A stretch of DNA of 32,000 nucleotides from Cylindrospermopsis raciborskii Cr2010 (GTDB lineage Bacteria > Cyanobacteriota > Cyanobacteriia > Cyanobacteriales > Nostocaceae). Position numbers and translations under genes: made by a program. Positions 1-9,310 of this stretch are shown in pieces (the first letter of the stretch is position 1; each line of letters opens with the position of its first letter). The notes under the pieces were generated by a model. It was not told where the DNA came from, made no database searches, and saw nothing but the letters and a program-made list of their open reading frames with translations. The stretch covers positions 1,500,001 to 1,532,000 of the forward strand of contig NZ_CP065936.1 of assembly GCF_003367075.2 (NCBI RefSeq), written 5' to 3'.

Positions 1-83
1 GTTTCATCGTAGTCTCAAGATGATTCTTGAGAGGTTTGTCTACTCCACAAGCTATCTCGGTAGAGCTTACCTGGGAGTTATTT

Positions 84-172
84 AGTCCAGGGGGACGCAC
101 TATTACCGTCATTCGCAGTTAGTCGCGAAGCACTGGGTACGCGAAATCGCCATTGTTGTTTAAATCATTAAT
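84..172 (+). pseudogene. 3' tail of a third ATPase-nuclease repeat unit (encodes SPGGRTITVIRS* plus conserved 3' flank)
   Basis: agtccagggggacgcactattaccgtcattcgcagttagtcgcgaagcactgggta...ccattgttgtttaaatcattaatgtt closely matches the ends of the units near 2160-2250 and 3868-3940. Confidence 0.8.
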
Positions 173-210
173 GTTAGGTTTCCTAGCGTCAACCCAACCT
201 ACAAACTTAA

Positions 211-465
<255 letters not shown>

Positions 466-492
466 TAATTTAATAACCAATACTGGTAAATG

Positions 493-524
493 AAAAGCTC
501 CTCACCTGGTGGGGGGCTTTTTTT
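493..524 (+). terminator. Rho-independent terminator downstream of the psbA fragment
   Basis: AAAGCTCCTCACC TG GTGGGGGGCTTTTTTT: GC-rich hairpin (with G-T pairs) followed by a T run. Confidence 0.75.
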
Positions 525-657
525 ATGGCGTATTATTTGAGTAATGCCATGAGTTGAGGGTGTTGGGTGCTGGTTTCAATGAAGATCCCTTATGAGCTGG
601 TCTATAGAGGTTCTAGAATAAAATCGGTAAGGTTATTTTTAAAAACTCCTTCTCACC

Positions 658-2202
658 ATGCCCAAACACTTTAATACTGCTGGTCCTTGCCAATCTGATA
701 TCCACTATATGCTCTCCCCAACGGTTCGACTACCGGATTTGAAAGCACTAATTGATGGTCGCAATTACTTTATCATTCATGCGCCGCGACAAGTAGGCAA
801 AACCACCGCTATGATAGCTCTAGCTCAAGAATTGACTGATAGTGGGGAATACACCGCCGTCATGCTCTCTGTGGAAGTAGGATCGGGATTTTCCCATAAT
901 CCCCAGCAAGCGGAGCAGGTTATTTTACAAGAATGGAAACAGGCAATTAAGTTTTACTTACCCAAAGAACTACAACCATCCTATTGGCCAGAGGGTGAAA
1001 CAGACTCAGGAATAGGCAAAACTTTAAGTGAGTGGTCTACCCAATCTCCAAGACCTCTTGTAATCTTTTTAGATGAAATAGATTCCCTGACAGATGAAGC
1101 TTTAATCTTTATTTTAAGACAATTACGTTCGGGTTTTCCCCGTCGTCCCCGGGCGTTTCCCCATTCGGTGGGGTTGATTGGTATGCGGGATGTGCGGGAC
1201 TATAAGGTTAAATCCGGTGGAAGTGAAAGACTTAATACTTCCAGTCCTTTCAATATCAAGGCTGAGTCTTTAACCCTCAGTAATTTTACTTTATCAGAAG
1301 TAGAAGAACTTTACTTACAACATACACAAGCTACAGGACAGGTGTTTACCCCGGAAGCCATCCATCAGGCATTTTATTTGACCGATGGACAACCGTGGTT
1401 AGTCAACGCCCTAGCTCGTCAAGCTACCCAGGTTTTGGTGAAAGACATTACCCAACCCATTACTGCTGAAGTCATTAACCGAGCCAAAGAAATTCTCATT
1501 CAGCGCCAGGATACTCATTTAGACAGCTTAGCAGAAAGATTACGGGAAGAGCGGGTCAAAACCATTATTGAACCAATTTTAGCAGGTGAAGATTTACCTG
1601 ATGTACCCCAGGATGATATTCGTTACGTCCTGGATTTAGGACTGTGTCGAGACCGAGGACAGGGTTTGGAAATTGCCAATCCAATTTATCGGGAAGTTCT
1701 ACCCTTGGTGTTAAGTTACACAACCAGAGCTTCCATTGGAGTTATTGAACCTCGTTGGTTAAATGAACAGGGGGAGCTATTACCCGATGAATTATTGGAA
1801 GCATTTCTGGAGTTTTGGCGACAACATGGGGAACCACTACTCAAAAGTGCGCCCTATCATGAAATCGCTCCCCATTTAGTGTTAATGGCATTTTTACATC
1901 GGGTGGTAAATGGTGGTGGTACGTTAGAACGGGAATATGCCATTGGTTCTGGAAGGATGGATATTTGTTTACGCTATGGCAAAGTGGTGATGGGCATAGA
2001 GTTAAAGGTGCGGAAAGAAAAGTTAGATCCCTTAACCAAGGGTTTGACCCAACTGGATAAATACTTGGGTGGGCTAGGATTGGATACAGGTTGGTTAGTG
2101 ATTTTTGATCGCCGTGCGGGATTACCACCCATGGGCGAGAGAATTAGTACGGAAGAGGTCATTAGTCCAGGGGGACGAACCATTACCGTTATTCGTAGTT
2201 AG
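658..2202 (+). CDS. P-loop AAA-like ATPase with C-terminal PD-(D/E)XK nuclease-like domain (copy 1)
   Basis: 514 aa. Walker A-like APRQVGKTT, Walker B PLVIFLDEID, C-terminal GSGRMDICLRYGKVVMGIELKV (D-x(n)-ExK pattern). Confidence 0.85.
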   Translation: MPKHFNTAGPCQSDIHYMLSPTVRLPDLKALIDGRNYFIIHAPRQVGKTTAMIALAQELTDSGEYTAVMLSVEVGSGFSHNPQQAEQVILQEWKQAIKFYLPKELQPSYWPEGETDSGIGKTLSEWSTQSPRPLVIFLDEIDSLTDEALIFILRQLRSGFPRRPRAFPHSVGLIGMRDVRDYKVKSGGSERLNTSSPFNIKAESLTLSNFTLSEVEELYLQHTQATGQVFTPEAIHQAFYLTDGQPWLVNALARQATQVLVKDITQPITAEVINRAKEILIQRQDTHLDSLAERLREERVKTIIEPILAGEDLPDVPQDDIRYVLDLGLCRDRGQGLEIANPIYREVLPLVLSYTTRASIGVIEPRWLNEQGELLPDELLEAFLEFWRQHGEPLLKSAPYHEIAPHLVLMAFLHRVVNGGGTLEREYAIGSGRMDICLRYGKVVMGIELKVRKEKLDPLTKGLTQLDKYLGGLGLDTGWLVIFDRRAGLPPMGERISTEEVISPGGRTITVIRS

Positions 2203-2249
2203 TCGCGAAGCACTGGGTATGCGTCGCCATTGTTGTTTAAATCATTAAT

Positions 2250-2311
2250 GTTGGGTTTCATACTTCAACCCAACCTACGTTCATCTTATATTTAATTCCA
2301 CCCACCTACTT
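2250..2311. repeat. Partial copy of dispersed MITE-like element between the two ATPase-nuclease units
   Basis: GTTGGGTTTCATACTTCAACCCAACCTACGTTCATCTTATATTTAATTCCACCCACCTACTT matches one half of the copies at 17551-17660 and 25843-25963. Confidence 0.8.
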
Positions 2312-2358
2312 AGGTTCTAGAATAAAGTTGTTAAGGTTATTTTTTCAAAACCTCCACC

Positions 2359-3906
2359 ATGCCCAAACACTTTAACACTGCTGGACCATGTAAAGCTAAC
2401 ATCCACTATATGCTCTCCCCCACCGCTCGCTTACCGGAGTTAAAAGCGCTAATTGATGGAGAAAATTACTTTATCATTCATGCGCCGCGACAAGTAGGCA
2501 AAACCACCGCTATGATAGCCCTCGCTCAAGAATTGACTGATAGTGGGGAATACACCGCCGTAATGCTCTCTGTGGAAGTAGGATCAGGATTTTCCCATAA
2601 TCCCCAGCAAGCGGAGCAGGTTATTTTACAAGAATGGAAACAGGCAATTAAGTTTTACTTACCCAAAGAACTACAACCATCCTATTGGCCAGAGAGTGAA
2701 ACAGACTCAGGAATAGGCAAAACTTTAAGTGAGTGGTCTACCCAATCTCCAAGACCTCTTGTAATCTTTTTAGATGAAATAGATTCCCTAACAGATGAAG
2801 CTTTAATCTTTATTTTAAGACAATTACGTTCAGGTTTTCCCCGTCGTCCCCGGGCGTTTCCCCATTCGGTGGGGTTGATTGGTATGCGGGATGTGCGGGA
2901 CTATAAGGTTAAATCCGGTGGAAGTAAAAGACTTAATACTTCCAGTCCTTTCAATATCAAGGCTGAGTCTTTAACCCTCAGTAATTTTACTTTATCAGAA
3001 GTAGAAGAACTTTACTTACAACATACGCAAGCTACGGGACAGGTGTTTACCCCGGAAGCCATCCATCAGGCATTTTATTTGACCGATGGACAACCGTGGT
3101 TAGTTAACGCCCTAGCTCGTCAAGCTACTCAGGTTTTAGTGAAAGATATCACCCAACCCATTACTGCTGAAGTGATTAACCAAGCCAAGGAAATTCTGAT
3201 TCGACGCCAGGATACCCATTTAGATAGCTTGGCAGAAAGATTACGGGAAGATAGGGTCAGGGACATTATTCAACCTATGTTAGCTGGTGAAGACTTAGCT
3301 GATACGCCAGAAGATAACTTACGATACGTGTTAGATCTGGGTTTATGCCGTCGCGATCGCGGGGGTGGACTGGAAATTGCTAACCCTATTTATCGAGAGA
3401 TTTTACCTAAAGCTTTAGCCTCCGTGGCGATCGCCTCTTTAACTTCGGTGGAACCCAACTGGTTAAACCCTGATGGCACACTCAACCCTCAAATCCTATT
3501 AGACTCTTTTTTGGAATTTTGGCGACAACATGGGGAACCACTGCTCAAAAGTGCGCCCTACCATGAGATTGCTCCCCATTTGGTATTAATGGCATTTTTG
3601 CATCGGGTAGTGAATGGTGGTGGTACGTTAGAACGAGAATATGCCATTGGTTCTGGGAGGATGGATATTTGTTTACGCTATGGCAAAGTAGTGATGGGCA
3701 TAGAGTTAAAGGTGCGGAAGGAAAAGTTAGATCCGTTAACCAAGGGTTTAACCCAACTGGATAAATACCTGGATGGGTTAGGATTAGATACAGGTTGGTT
3801 AGTGATTTTTGATCGCCGTGCGGGGTTACCACCCATGGGAGAGAGAATGAGTACGGAGGAAGCTATTAGTCCGGGGGGACGAACCATTACTGTCATTCGC
3901 AGTTAG
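2359..3906 (+). CDS. P-loop AAA-like ATPase with C-terminal PD-(D/E)XK nuclease-like domain (copy 2)
   Basis: 515 aa. Near-identical to the 658-2202 protein except for a central segment. Same Walker and nuclease-like motifs. Confidence 0.85.
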   Translation: MPKHFNTAGPCKANIHYMLSPTARLPELKALIDGENYFIIHAPRQVGKTTAMIALAQELTDSGEYTAVMLSVEVGSGFSHNPQQAEQVILQEWKQAIKFYLPKELQPSYWPESETDSGIGKTLSEWSTQSPRPLVIFLDEIDSLTDEALIFILRQLRSGFPRRPRAFPHSVGLIGMRDVRDYKVKSGGSKRLNTSSPFNIKAESLTLSNFTLSEVEELYLQHTQATGQVFTPEAIHQAFYLTDGQPWLVNALARQATQVLVKDITQPITAEVINQAKEILIRRQDTHLDSLAERLREDRVRDIIQPMLAGEDLADTPEDNLRYVLDLGLCRRDRGGGLEIANPIYREILPKALASVAIASLTSVEPNWLNPDGTLNPQILLDSFLEFWRQHGEPLLKSAPYHEIAPHLVLMAFLHRVVNGGGTLEREYAIGSGRMDICLRYGKVVMGIELKVRKEKLDPLTKGLTQLDKYLDGLGLDTGWLVIFDRRAGLPPMGERMSTEEAISPGGRTITVIRS

Positions 3907-3990
3907 GGCGATTGCCATTGTTGTTTAAATAATTAATGTTGGATCTTCCCCCCATATCTAGGGACAGGGGCTAGATCGCCCCATTTATGC

Positions 3991-5007
3991 TTATCTACCA
4001 AAAACAGTGCTGAGAGAACGAGCTATATTTTGTGGTTGCATAGCATCTATTGCTGCAGTTGGTTCATAACCACAATGCACCATACAATCGGCACATTTAG
4101 GATTACCACTAGCGCGCCCATACTTACTCCAATCGGTTTGGTCTAGCAACTCTTGGAAAGTTTGATAATAACCTTCGTTTAATAGGTAACAGGGTTTTTG
4201 CCATCCCAAAACACTGTAACTGGGACTACCCCAAGGAGTACATTCATAGTCCTTCTCACCAATGAGAAAATCCAAAAACAGGGGGTTGTGATTGAAGTTC
4301 CAGTTTTTCTTTCCTGATTGATAGGGGGCGAGAATTTCTCGGAATAATGCTCTAGTTTGTTCCCTTTGTAAAAAGTGATCTTGGTCTGGAGCCCATTCAT
4401 AACTGTAACCGGGAGAAATCATCATCCCATCAACTTTCAAGGTTTCTAGAAAATCAAAGAACCCTTGCATTTCTTCTACATTACAACCGGTGAAAATAGT
4501 GGTGTTGGTTGTAACGCGAAAACCTTGGGATTTAGCAGCACGAATTGCCGCTACAGCAACATCAAACACTCCTTTTCTATCTACACAGTGATCATGCCAC
4601 TCTTTCATTCCATCTAAATGAACACTAAAGGTAAGATAGGGAGATGGTTTGAACTTATGCAGGCTCTTTTCTAAAAGCAATCCGTTGGTACATAAGTATA
4701 CGTATTTTTTACGATCTACTAAACCCTGGACAATTTGATCAATTTGTGGGTGTAATAGGGGTTCTCCTCCCGGAATGGAAACTACTGGTGCACCACATTC
4801 TTCCACTGCTGCAAAACACTGCTCTGGTGACAAGTTTTGTTTAAGAACTTCCGTGGGATGCTGGATTTTTCCACACCCTGAACAGGCTAAGTTACAACGA
4901 AACAGTGGTTCTAACATCAAAACTAAAGGGAAGCGTTTTTTTCCTGATAGACGTTGTTTGAATAGGTACTTCCCAATATCCATCGCTTGTTGCAGATTAA
5001 TTGCCAT
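3991..5007 (-). CDS. hpnH: Hopanoid biosynthesis radical SAM protein (adenosyl-hopene transferase type)
   Basis: 338 aa. [19 protein letters not shown] radical SAM CxxxCxx[14 protein letters not shown], adjacent to an hpnA-like gene. Confidence 0.85.
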   Translation of the reverse strand: MAINLQQAMDIGKYLFKQRLSGKKRFPLVLMLEPLFRCNLACSGCGKIQHPTEVLKQNLSPEQCFAAVEECGAPVVSIPGGEPLLHPQIDQIVQGLVDRKKYVYLCTNGLLLEKSLHKFKPSPYLTFSVHLDGMKEWHDHCVDRKGVFDVAVAAIRAAKSQGFRVTTNTTIFTGCNVEEMQGFFDFLETLKVDGMMISPGYSYEWAPDQDHFLQREQTRALFREILAPYQSGKKNWNFNHNPLFLDFLIGEKDYECTPWGSPSYSVLGWQKPCYLLNEGYYQTFQELLDQTDWSKYGRASGNPKCADCMVHCGYEPTAAIDAMQPQNIARSLSTVFGR

Positions 5008-5018
5008 ACAAAACCCCT

Positions 5019-6005
5019 CTAGTATTTTACATAACCATTAGACACAAACCAACGGACAGCATCTTGGAGTGCTACCCGAACAGAAGACTGGGGTAGTCCT
5101 AAGATGCGGATGGCCTTGGAAGCATTATAATACATTGGTTGCTGTGCCATGCGAACTCCGTCTATAGGAACTGTGGGGGTTTTTCCTAAAGGTGCCAAAA
5201 CCTTCTCTTCTATCCAAGCTACACTTAATGGGATAAAAGATGGTAGGGACAATTGTGGTGCTTTGATTCCTGTGATTTCTGATAGTGTGTCTAGCAGTTG
5301 TTTTAAACTCAGATTTTCATTCCCTAAAATATAGCGATCGCCTGTTTTTCCTTTTTCTAGGGCCAGTAAATGTCCTTGAGCTACATCTCGCACATCAATA
5401 AAGTTTAAACCTGTGTTTACGTAAGCTGGCATTTGCTGGCGCAAAAATCTGAGAATAATATCTCCTGTGGGTGTGGGTTTAATGTCTAAAGGACCTATGG
5501 GACTGCTAGGATTGACTATTACTATGTCTTGACCTTCTTGAACAGCTGTTTTTGCCACCTGCTCTGCTAGAAATTTGGACTTTTTATAATCTCCTACTAG
5601 TTTGTTTAAGGGACTTTGGTGAGTCTCATCTACAATTTCTCCTGACTTTCCCACTCCTATAGCTGCTACAGAGCTGGTATAAACTGTCCGTTCAATTCCC
5701 GCTTTTTGAGCTGATCTTAAAAGATTGCGCGTCCCCTCTACATTATGATGATATAATAAGTGACGGTCTTTTTGCCACAGGGAATAATGAGCTGCTAGGT
5801 GAAACAGGTAATGACAACCCCGCATCTGCTCCCAGATTCCTGGGTCATTCAGATCCCCTATCACCATGTCTATTTCTAAACCCTTTAAGTTTTCTAGGCG
5901 GCTATTTTTACGTACTAGTGCTGTTACTTTATATTCCGATTGCAGTAAACATCTAACTACGTGAGCACCTACAAAACCCGTACCACCAGTGACAAAAGCC
6001 CGCAT
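5019..6005 (-). CDS. hpnA: Hopanoid-associated NAD-dependent sugar epimerase
   Basis: 328 aa. [21 protein letters not shown] Rossmann motif, GTRNLL, and placement 11 nt upstream of hpnH. Confidence 0.8.
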   Translation of the reverse strand: MRAFVTGGTGFVGAHVVRCLLQSEYKVTALVRKNSRLENLKGLEIDMVIGDLNDPGIWEQMRGCHYLFHLAAHYSLWQKDRHLLYHHNVEGTRNLLRSAQKAGIERTVYTSSVAAIGVGKSGEIVDETHQSPLNKLVGDYKKSKFLAEQVAKTAVQEGQDIVIVNPSSPIGPLDIKPTPTGDIILRFLRQQMPAYVNTGLNFIDVRDVAQGHLLALEKGKTGDRYILGNENLSLKQLLDTLSEITGIKAPQLSLPSFIPLSVAWIEEKVLAPLGKTPTVPIDGVRMAQQPMYYNASKAIRILGLPQSSVRVALQDAVRWFVSNGYVKY

Positions 6006-6057
6006 GTTATCCCCCCTCTATCTCGTCAATTTTGTATCTCTAGTTTGGATGTTAATC

Positions 6058-6258
6058 TTAGGGATCTTCAGGAAAAACCCATTTGGGTGGTTCCATTATC
6101 TTTTTCCGCAGTCTCTCCTCAGCTATTTCTAACATTTTATCGAGGGGGGTGTCCTGAATGAATTTTGTTGTGGCTGCTCTATACTCAGTATGGGGACATT
6201 TATCTCCTAGTACACAGCCATTAACACAGGCTTCGGCGCAATTAATTGTTGGTTCCAT
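6058..6258 (-). CDS. Small Cys-containing conserved cyanobacterial-type hypothetical protein (66 aa)
   Basis: MEPTINCAEACVNGCVLGDKCPHTEY...; co-directional with and close to hpnA-hpnH. Confidence 0.6.
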   Translation of the reverse strand: MEPTINCAEACVNGCVLGDKCPHTEYRAATTKFIQDTPLDKMLEIAEERLRKKIMEPPKWVFPEDP

Positions 6259-6269
6259 AGTTAGTTTTT

Positions 6270-7652
6270 ATGACAAAGTTATTATCTCATGCTGGGACGA
6301 TCGCCGCTATAGCTACTGCTGTTGTTCCCCAACAGGGTAGTGTGGGTATTGTGCGGGTTTCGGGTGACCAAGCAATGGCGATCGCCCATACTTTATTTTA
6401 TACTCCAGGGAAACAGATTTGGGAAAGTCACCGGATTTTGTATGGGTTTGTGCGTCAACCTGAAACCAAACAGGTTGTAGATGAAGCTTTATTACTGATT
6501 ATGAAAGCACCTCGGTCTTTCACTAGGGAAGACGTGGTAGAATTTCATTGTCATGGGGGAATCATACCAGTACAACAGGTATTACAGCTGTGTTTAGAAA
6601 ATGGTGCAAGATTAGCTCAACCGGGGGAATTTACCCTGAGAGCTTTTTTAAATGGTAGATTGGATTTAACCCAAGCTGAGAGCATAGCTGATTTAGTGGG
6701 TGCTAAATCTCCTCAAGCAGCACAAACAGCATTAGCGGGTTTGCGGGGGAAATTGGCTCGACCGATTAGATCCCTACGTAATCAGTGCTTGGATATTTTA
6801 GCGGAGATAGAAGCTAGAATTGACTTTGAAGAGGACTTACCCCCTCTAGACCAGGAAAGAATAATTACTCAAATAAATCAAATTAGTGTGAAAATTGCTA
6901 GGTTATTGAGCACTAAAGAGAAAGGTGAATTATTAAGAAGCGGTTTAAAAGTTGCTATTGTTGGTCGTCCCAATGTGGGAAAATCTAGTTTGTTAAATGC
7001 TTGGAGTCAATGCGATCGCGCTATAGTGACTGATTTACCGGGTACCACCCGGGATATAGTAGAGTCCCAGTTAGTGGTGGGGGGAATACCCATTCAAGTT
7101 TTGGATACTGCGGGAATTAGGGAAACAGTAGATCAGGTGGAAAAAATTGGGGTTGAGCGTTCCCGTCAAGCTGCTAACAGTGCGGATTTAGTATTATTGA
7201 CCATTGATGCTACAGCGGGTTGGCAAAGTGGAGATGAGGAAATTTATCAACAAGTAAAACACCGTCCATTGATCCTAGTTATCAACAAAATTGATCTAGT
7301 GGAAGATTTAGGGGGTATATGTAGTCCAAACATAGAGAAAGCGGTGAAAACTGCTGCTGCTCAAAACCGAGGAATTGAAGATTTAGAGCAAGCGATTCTA
7401 GAAGTAGTACAAACTCAAAAGATTGTAGCTGGGGATCTAGACCTAGCTATTAATCAAAGACAAGCAGCAGCTCTAATCAAAGCTCAAATAGATCTAGTAC
7501 AAGTGCAGAAAACCATTGTAGACCAATTACCCCTGGATTTTTGGACAATTGATTTAAGAGGAGCAATTCACGCACTGGGAGAAATTACCGGAGAAGAAGT
7601 AACCGAATCATTATTGGACCGCATCTTTAGTAGGTTCTGTATTGGGAAATAG
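6270..7652 (+). CDS. mnmE: tRNA uridine-5-carboxymethylaminomethyl(34) synthesis GTPase MnmE
   Basis: 460 aa. [56 protein letters not shown]-terminal FCIGK. Confidence 0.97.
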   Translation: MTKLLSHAGTIAAIATAVVPQQGSVGIVRVSGDQAMAIAHTLFYTPGKQIWESHRILYGFVRQPETKQVVDEALLLIMKAPRSFTREDVVEFHCHGGIIPVQQVLQLCLENGARLAQPGEFTLRAFLNGRLDLTQAESIADLVGAKSPQAAQTALAGLRGKLARPIRSLRNQCLDILAEIEARIDFEEDLPPLDQERIITQINQISVKIARLLSTKEKGELLRSGLKVAIVGRPNVGKSSLLNAWSQCDRAIVTDLPGTTRDIVESQLVVGGIPIQVLDTAGIRETVDQVEKIGVERSRQAANSADLVLLTIDATAGWQSGDEEIYQQVKHRPLILVINKIDLVEDLGGICSPNIEKAVKTAAAQNRGIEDLEQAILEVVQTQKIVAGDLDLAINQRQAAALIKAQIDLVQVQKTIVDQLPLDFWTIDLRGAIHALGEITGEEVTESLLDRIFSRFCIGK

Positions 7653-7994
7653 AGGATAAGGAGAGTTTTTATCCCAATCAGCATTATCTAACTTAGCACC
7701 CTGTAAATTAGCTTGGCGTAAATTTGTATAAAAGAGCATAGCGCCCCGCAGATCTGCACCTTCTAAGTTCGCATCACTTAGGTCAGCATAGCTTAAATCG
7801 CATCCGCGCAAATTAGCCCTACTTAGATTGGCACTGCTCAAATCGGCATAACTTAAATCAGAACCCTTTAAATCCAGATTATGCAAATCAGCTTCCCTTA
7901 GTTGTGCATTTTGGAAATATCTGATTCCCCCCGTGTAACTTTTCACCAGTTCGTCAGGACTATTGATTGGACGTGGAGTACTTACTTCGGACAT
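7611..7994 (-). CDS. Pentapeptide-repeat protein
   Basis: 127 aa with A(D/N)LxxADLxxANL repeats ([41 protein letters not shown]). Confidence 0.9.
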   Translation of the reverse strand: MSEVSTPRPINSPDELVKSYTGGIRYFQNAQLREADLHNLDLKGSDLSYADLSSANLSRANLRGCDLSYADLSDANLEGADLRGAMLFYTNLRQANLQGAKLDNADWDKNSPYPLFPNTEPTKDAVQ

Positions 7995-8200
7995 ATAAAA
8001 GCCTCACATTTATAACTTTATGAAGATTTTGGTTTAATTTATTAATTTTTGGGGATGTTTCCTCACAAGTTCCTCAAATTTTCCCAGTAGTCTTAAGGTA
8101 AATCAAAAATCAATCAGGAGAATTTAGAATTTCTGATTGTTGACTACCTTATAATCGCAATTTTATCACATTCACGACAACTTAGGGGGTGCAAAATGTA

Positions 8201-8419
8201 TCAACACTTAGAAATACCGGTAGGCGATTCAAATCTCTCTATGTCCTGTATACGGAATAACTCATGTACATCATCATATACTAAAACATTTAATTCAGTT
8301 GACTTTGGCTCAAAAATGGTCACTGGCAATTGTTTTCCCACAGGTAAAACACAAACAAATGCTAATGTATAATTTTGCCTACTTAATATGAAAGAAAACA
8401 GATCTTTGAATTCACCAAT
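8201..8419 (-). pseudogene. Unlisted short ORF, possibly a remnant of a small gene (open frame, no ATG)
   Basis: Reverse-strand frame IGEFKDLFSFILSRQNYTLAFVCVLPVGKQLPVTIFEPKSTELNVLVYDDVHELFRIQDIERFESPTGISKC* runs 73 codons including the stop. Confidence 0.35.
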
Positions 8420-8443
8420 CTATCTAATTGTATTATATATCCC

Positions 8444-9214
8444 ATGAATGCCAGAACTTCTCAAAGTCTCAATCATTCGGGTTCTCAAATATTAGGTCAC
8501 ATTCACTCACTAGAAACCTGTGGTACGGTGGATGGTCCAGGTATAAGATTTGTCGTTTTCACCCAAGGCTGTTTATTAAGATGTTTGTATTGTCACAATC
8601 CTGACACCCGTGACATGAAAACAGGAAAAGAAATAACTGTAGGAGAACTAGTCACAGAAATAGAAAAATATAGGTCCTACATGAAATTTACTGGTGGGGG
8701 AGTTACCATTAGTGGTGGTGAACCCCTATTACAACCGGAATTTGTCCGAGAGGTTTTTCGTCAGTGTCAAAAATTAAACATTCATACTGCCTTAGATACT
8801 TCTGGATTTCCCGATTTAACCACCTCCAAGTCCGTACTAGAATTTGTAGACCTAGTTTTATTAGACATCAAGTCTTTTGATCCTAACACCTATCTTCATG
8901 TTACGGGAGTTTCCATCGAACCAACCTTGAGATTTGCCGAATATTTACAGGAGATTAATAAGCCAACATGGGTAAGATTTGTTCTAGTTCCCCATGTGAC
9001 AGATGGTAATGAAAACGTCCATCAACTAGCAAAGTTTGTATCCCAATTAAACAATGTGGAAAAAGTAGAAATTTTACCTTTTCACAAATTAGGTGAATAC
9101 AAATGGCATGAACTAGGATATCACTATGAACTTGGGAATACTATTCCTCCTAGTCTGGAAGAAATAGAGAAAGTCAAAGATATTTTCAAGCACTATGGAG
9201 TTAAGGTGGAATGA
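8444..9214 (+). CDS. pflA: Pyruvate formate-lyase activating enzyme
   Basis: 256 aa. SLETCGTVDGPGIRFVVFTQGCLLRCLYCHNPDT (radical SAM CxxxCxxC); lies upstream of adhE and pflB. Confidence 0.95.
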   Translation: MNARTSQSLNHSGSQILGHIHSLETCGTVDGPGIRFVVFTQGCLLRCLYCHNPDTRDMKTGKEITVGELVTEIEKYRSYMKFTGGGVTISGGEPLLQPEFVREVFRQCQKLNIHTALDTSGFPDLTTSKSVLEFVDLVLLDIKSFDPNTYLHVTGVSIEPTLRFAEYLQEINKPTWVRFVLVPHVTDGNENVHQLAKFVSQLNNVEKVEILPFHKLGEYKWHELGYHYELGNTIPPSLEEIEKVKDIFKHYGVKVE

Positions 9215-9310
9215 ATCGGATTTTTAAAAACAAATCAAGTAACTGACACCCAATTTTCCATACCTAAGTTGACAACCTATATAGCTCATAAATTTACTAA
9301 AATTACCACC

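Larger units (their letters stand above)
608..3941 (+). repeat. Direct tandem repeat: unit 1 about 608-2250, unit 2 about 2312-3941
   Basis: Both units start at AGGTTCTAGAATAAA..., include the shared upstream region, and end after ...CCATTGTTGTTTAAAT(C/A)ATTAATGTT. Confidence 0.85.

Noticed and set aside
1841-2183. Antisense ORFs (1841-2128 and 1974-2183, minus strand), repeated at 3545-3832 and 3678-3896
   Set aside because: They lie wholly inside the nuclease-domain coding region and appear in both copies only because the sense genes are duplicated; they show no recognisable protein features.
5961-6340. Plus-strand ORFs 5961-6161 and 6158-6340
   Set aside because: Both overlap better-supported genes (hpnA, the small Cys-rich ORF, mnmE) and their translations look like noise.
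7611-7652. 42-nt convergent overlap of mnmE and the pentapeptide-repeat gene as a novel feature
   Set aside because: Short 3' overlaps between convergent bacterial genes are ordinary, and both reading frames are well supported.
8353-8388. Possible NtcA-type GTA...TAC palindrome upstream of pflA
   Set aside because: The spacer is 10 nt (GTATAATTTTGCCTAC) instead of the consensus 8, so it is not a supportable NtcA site.
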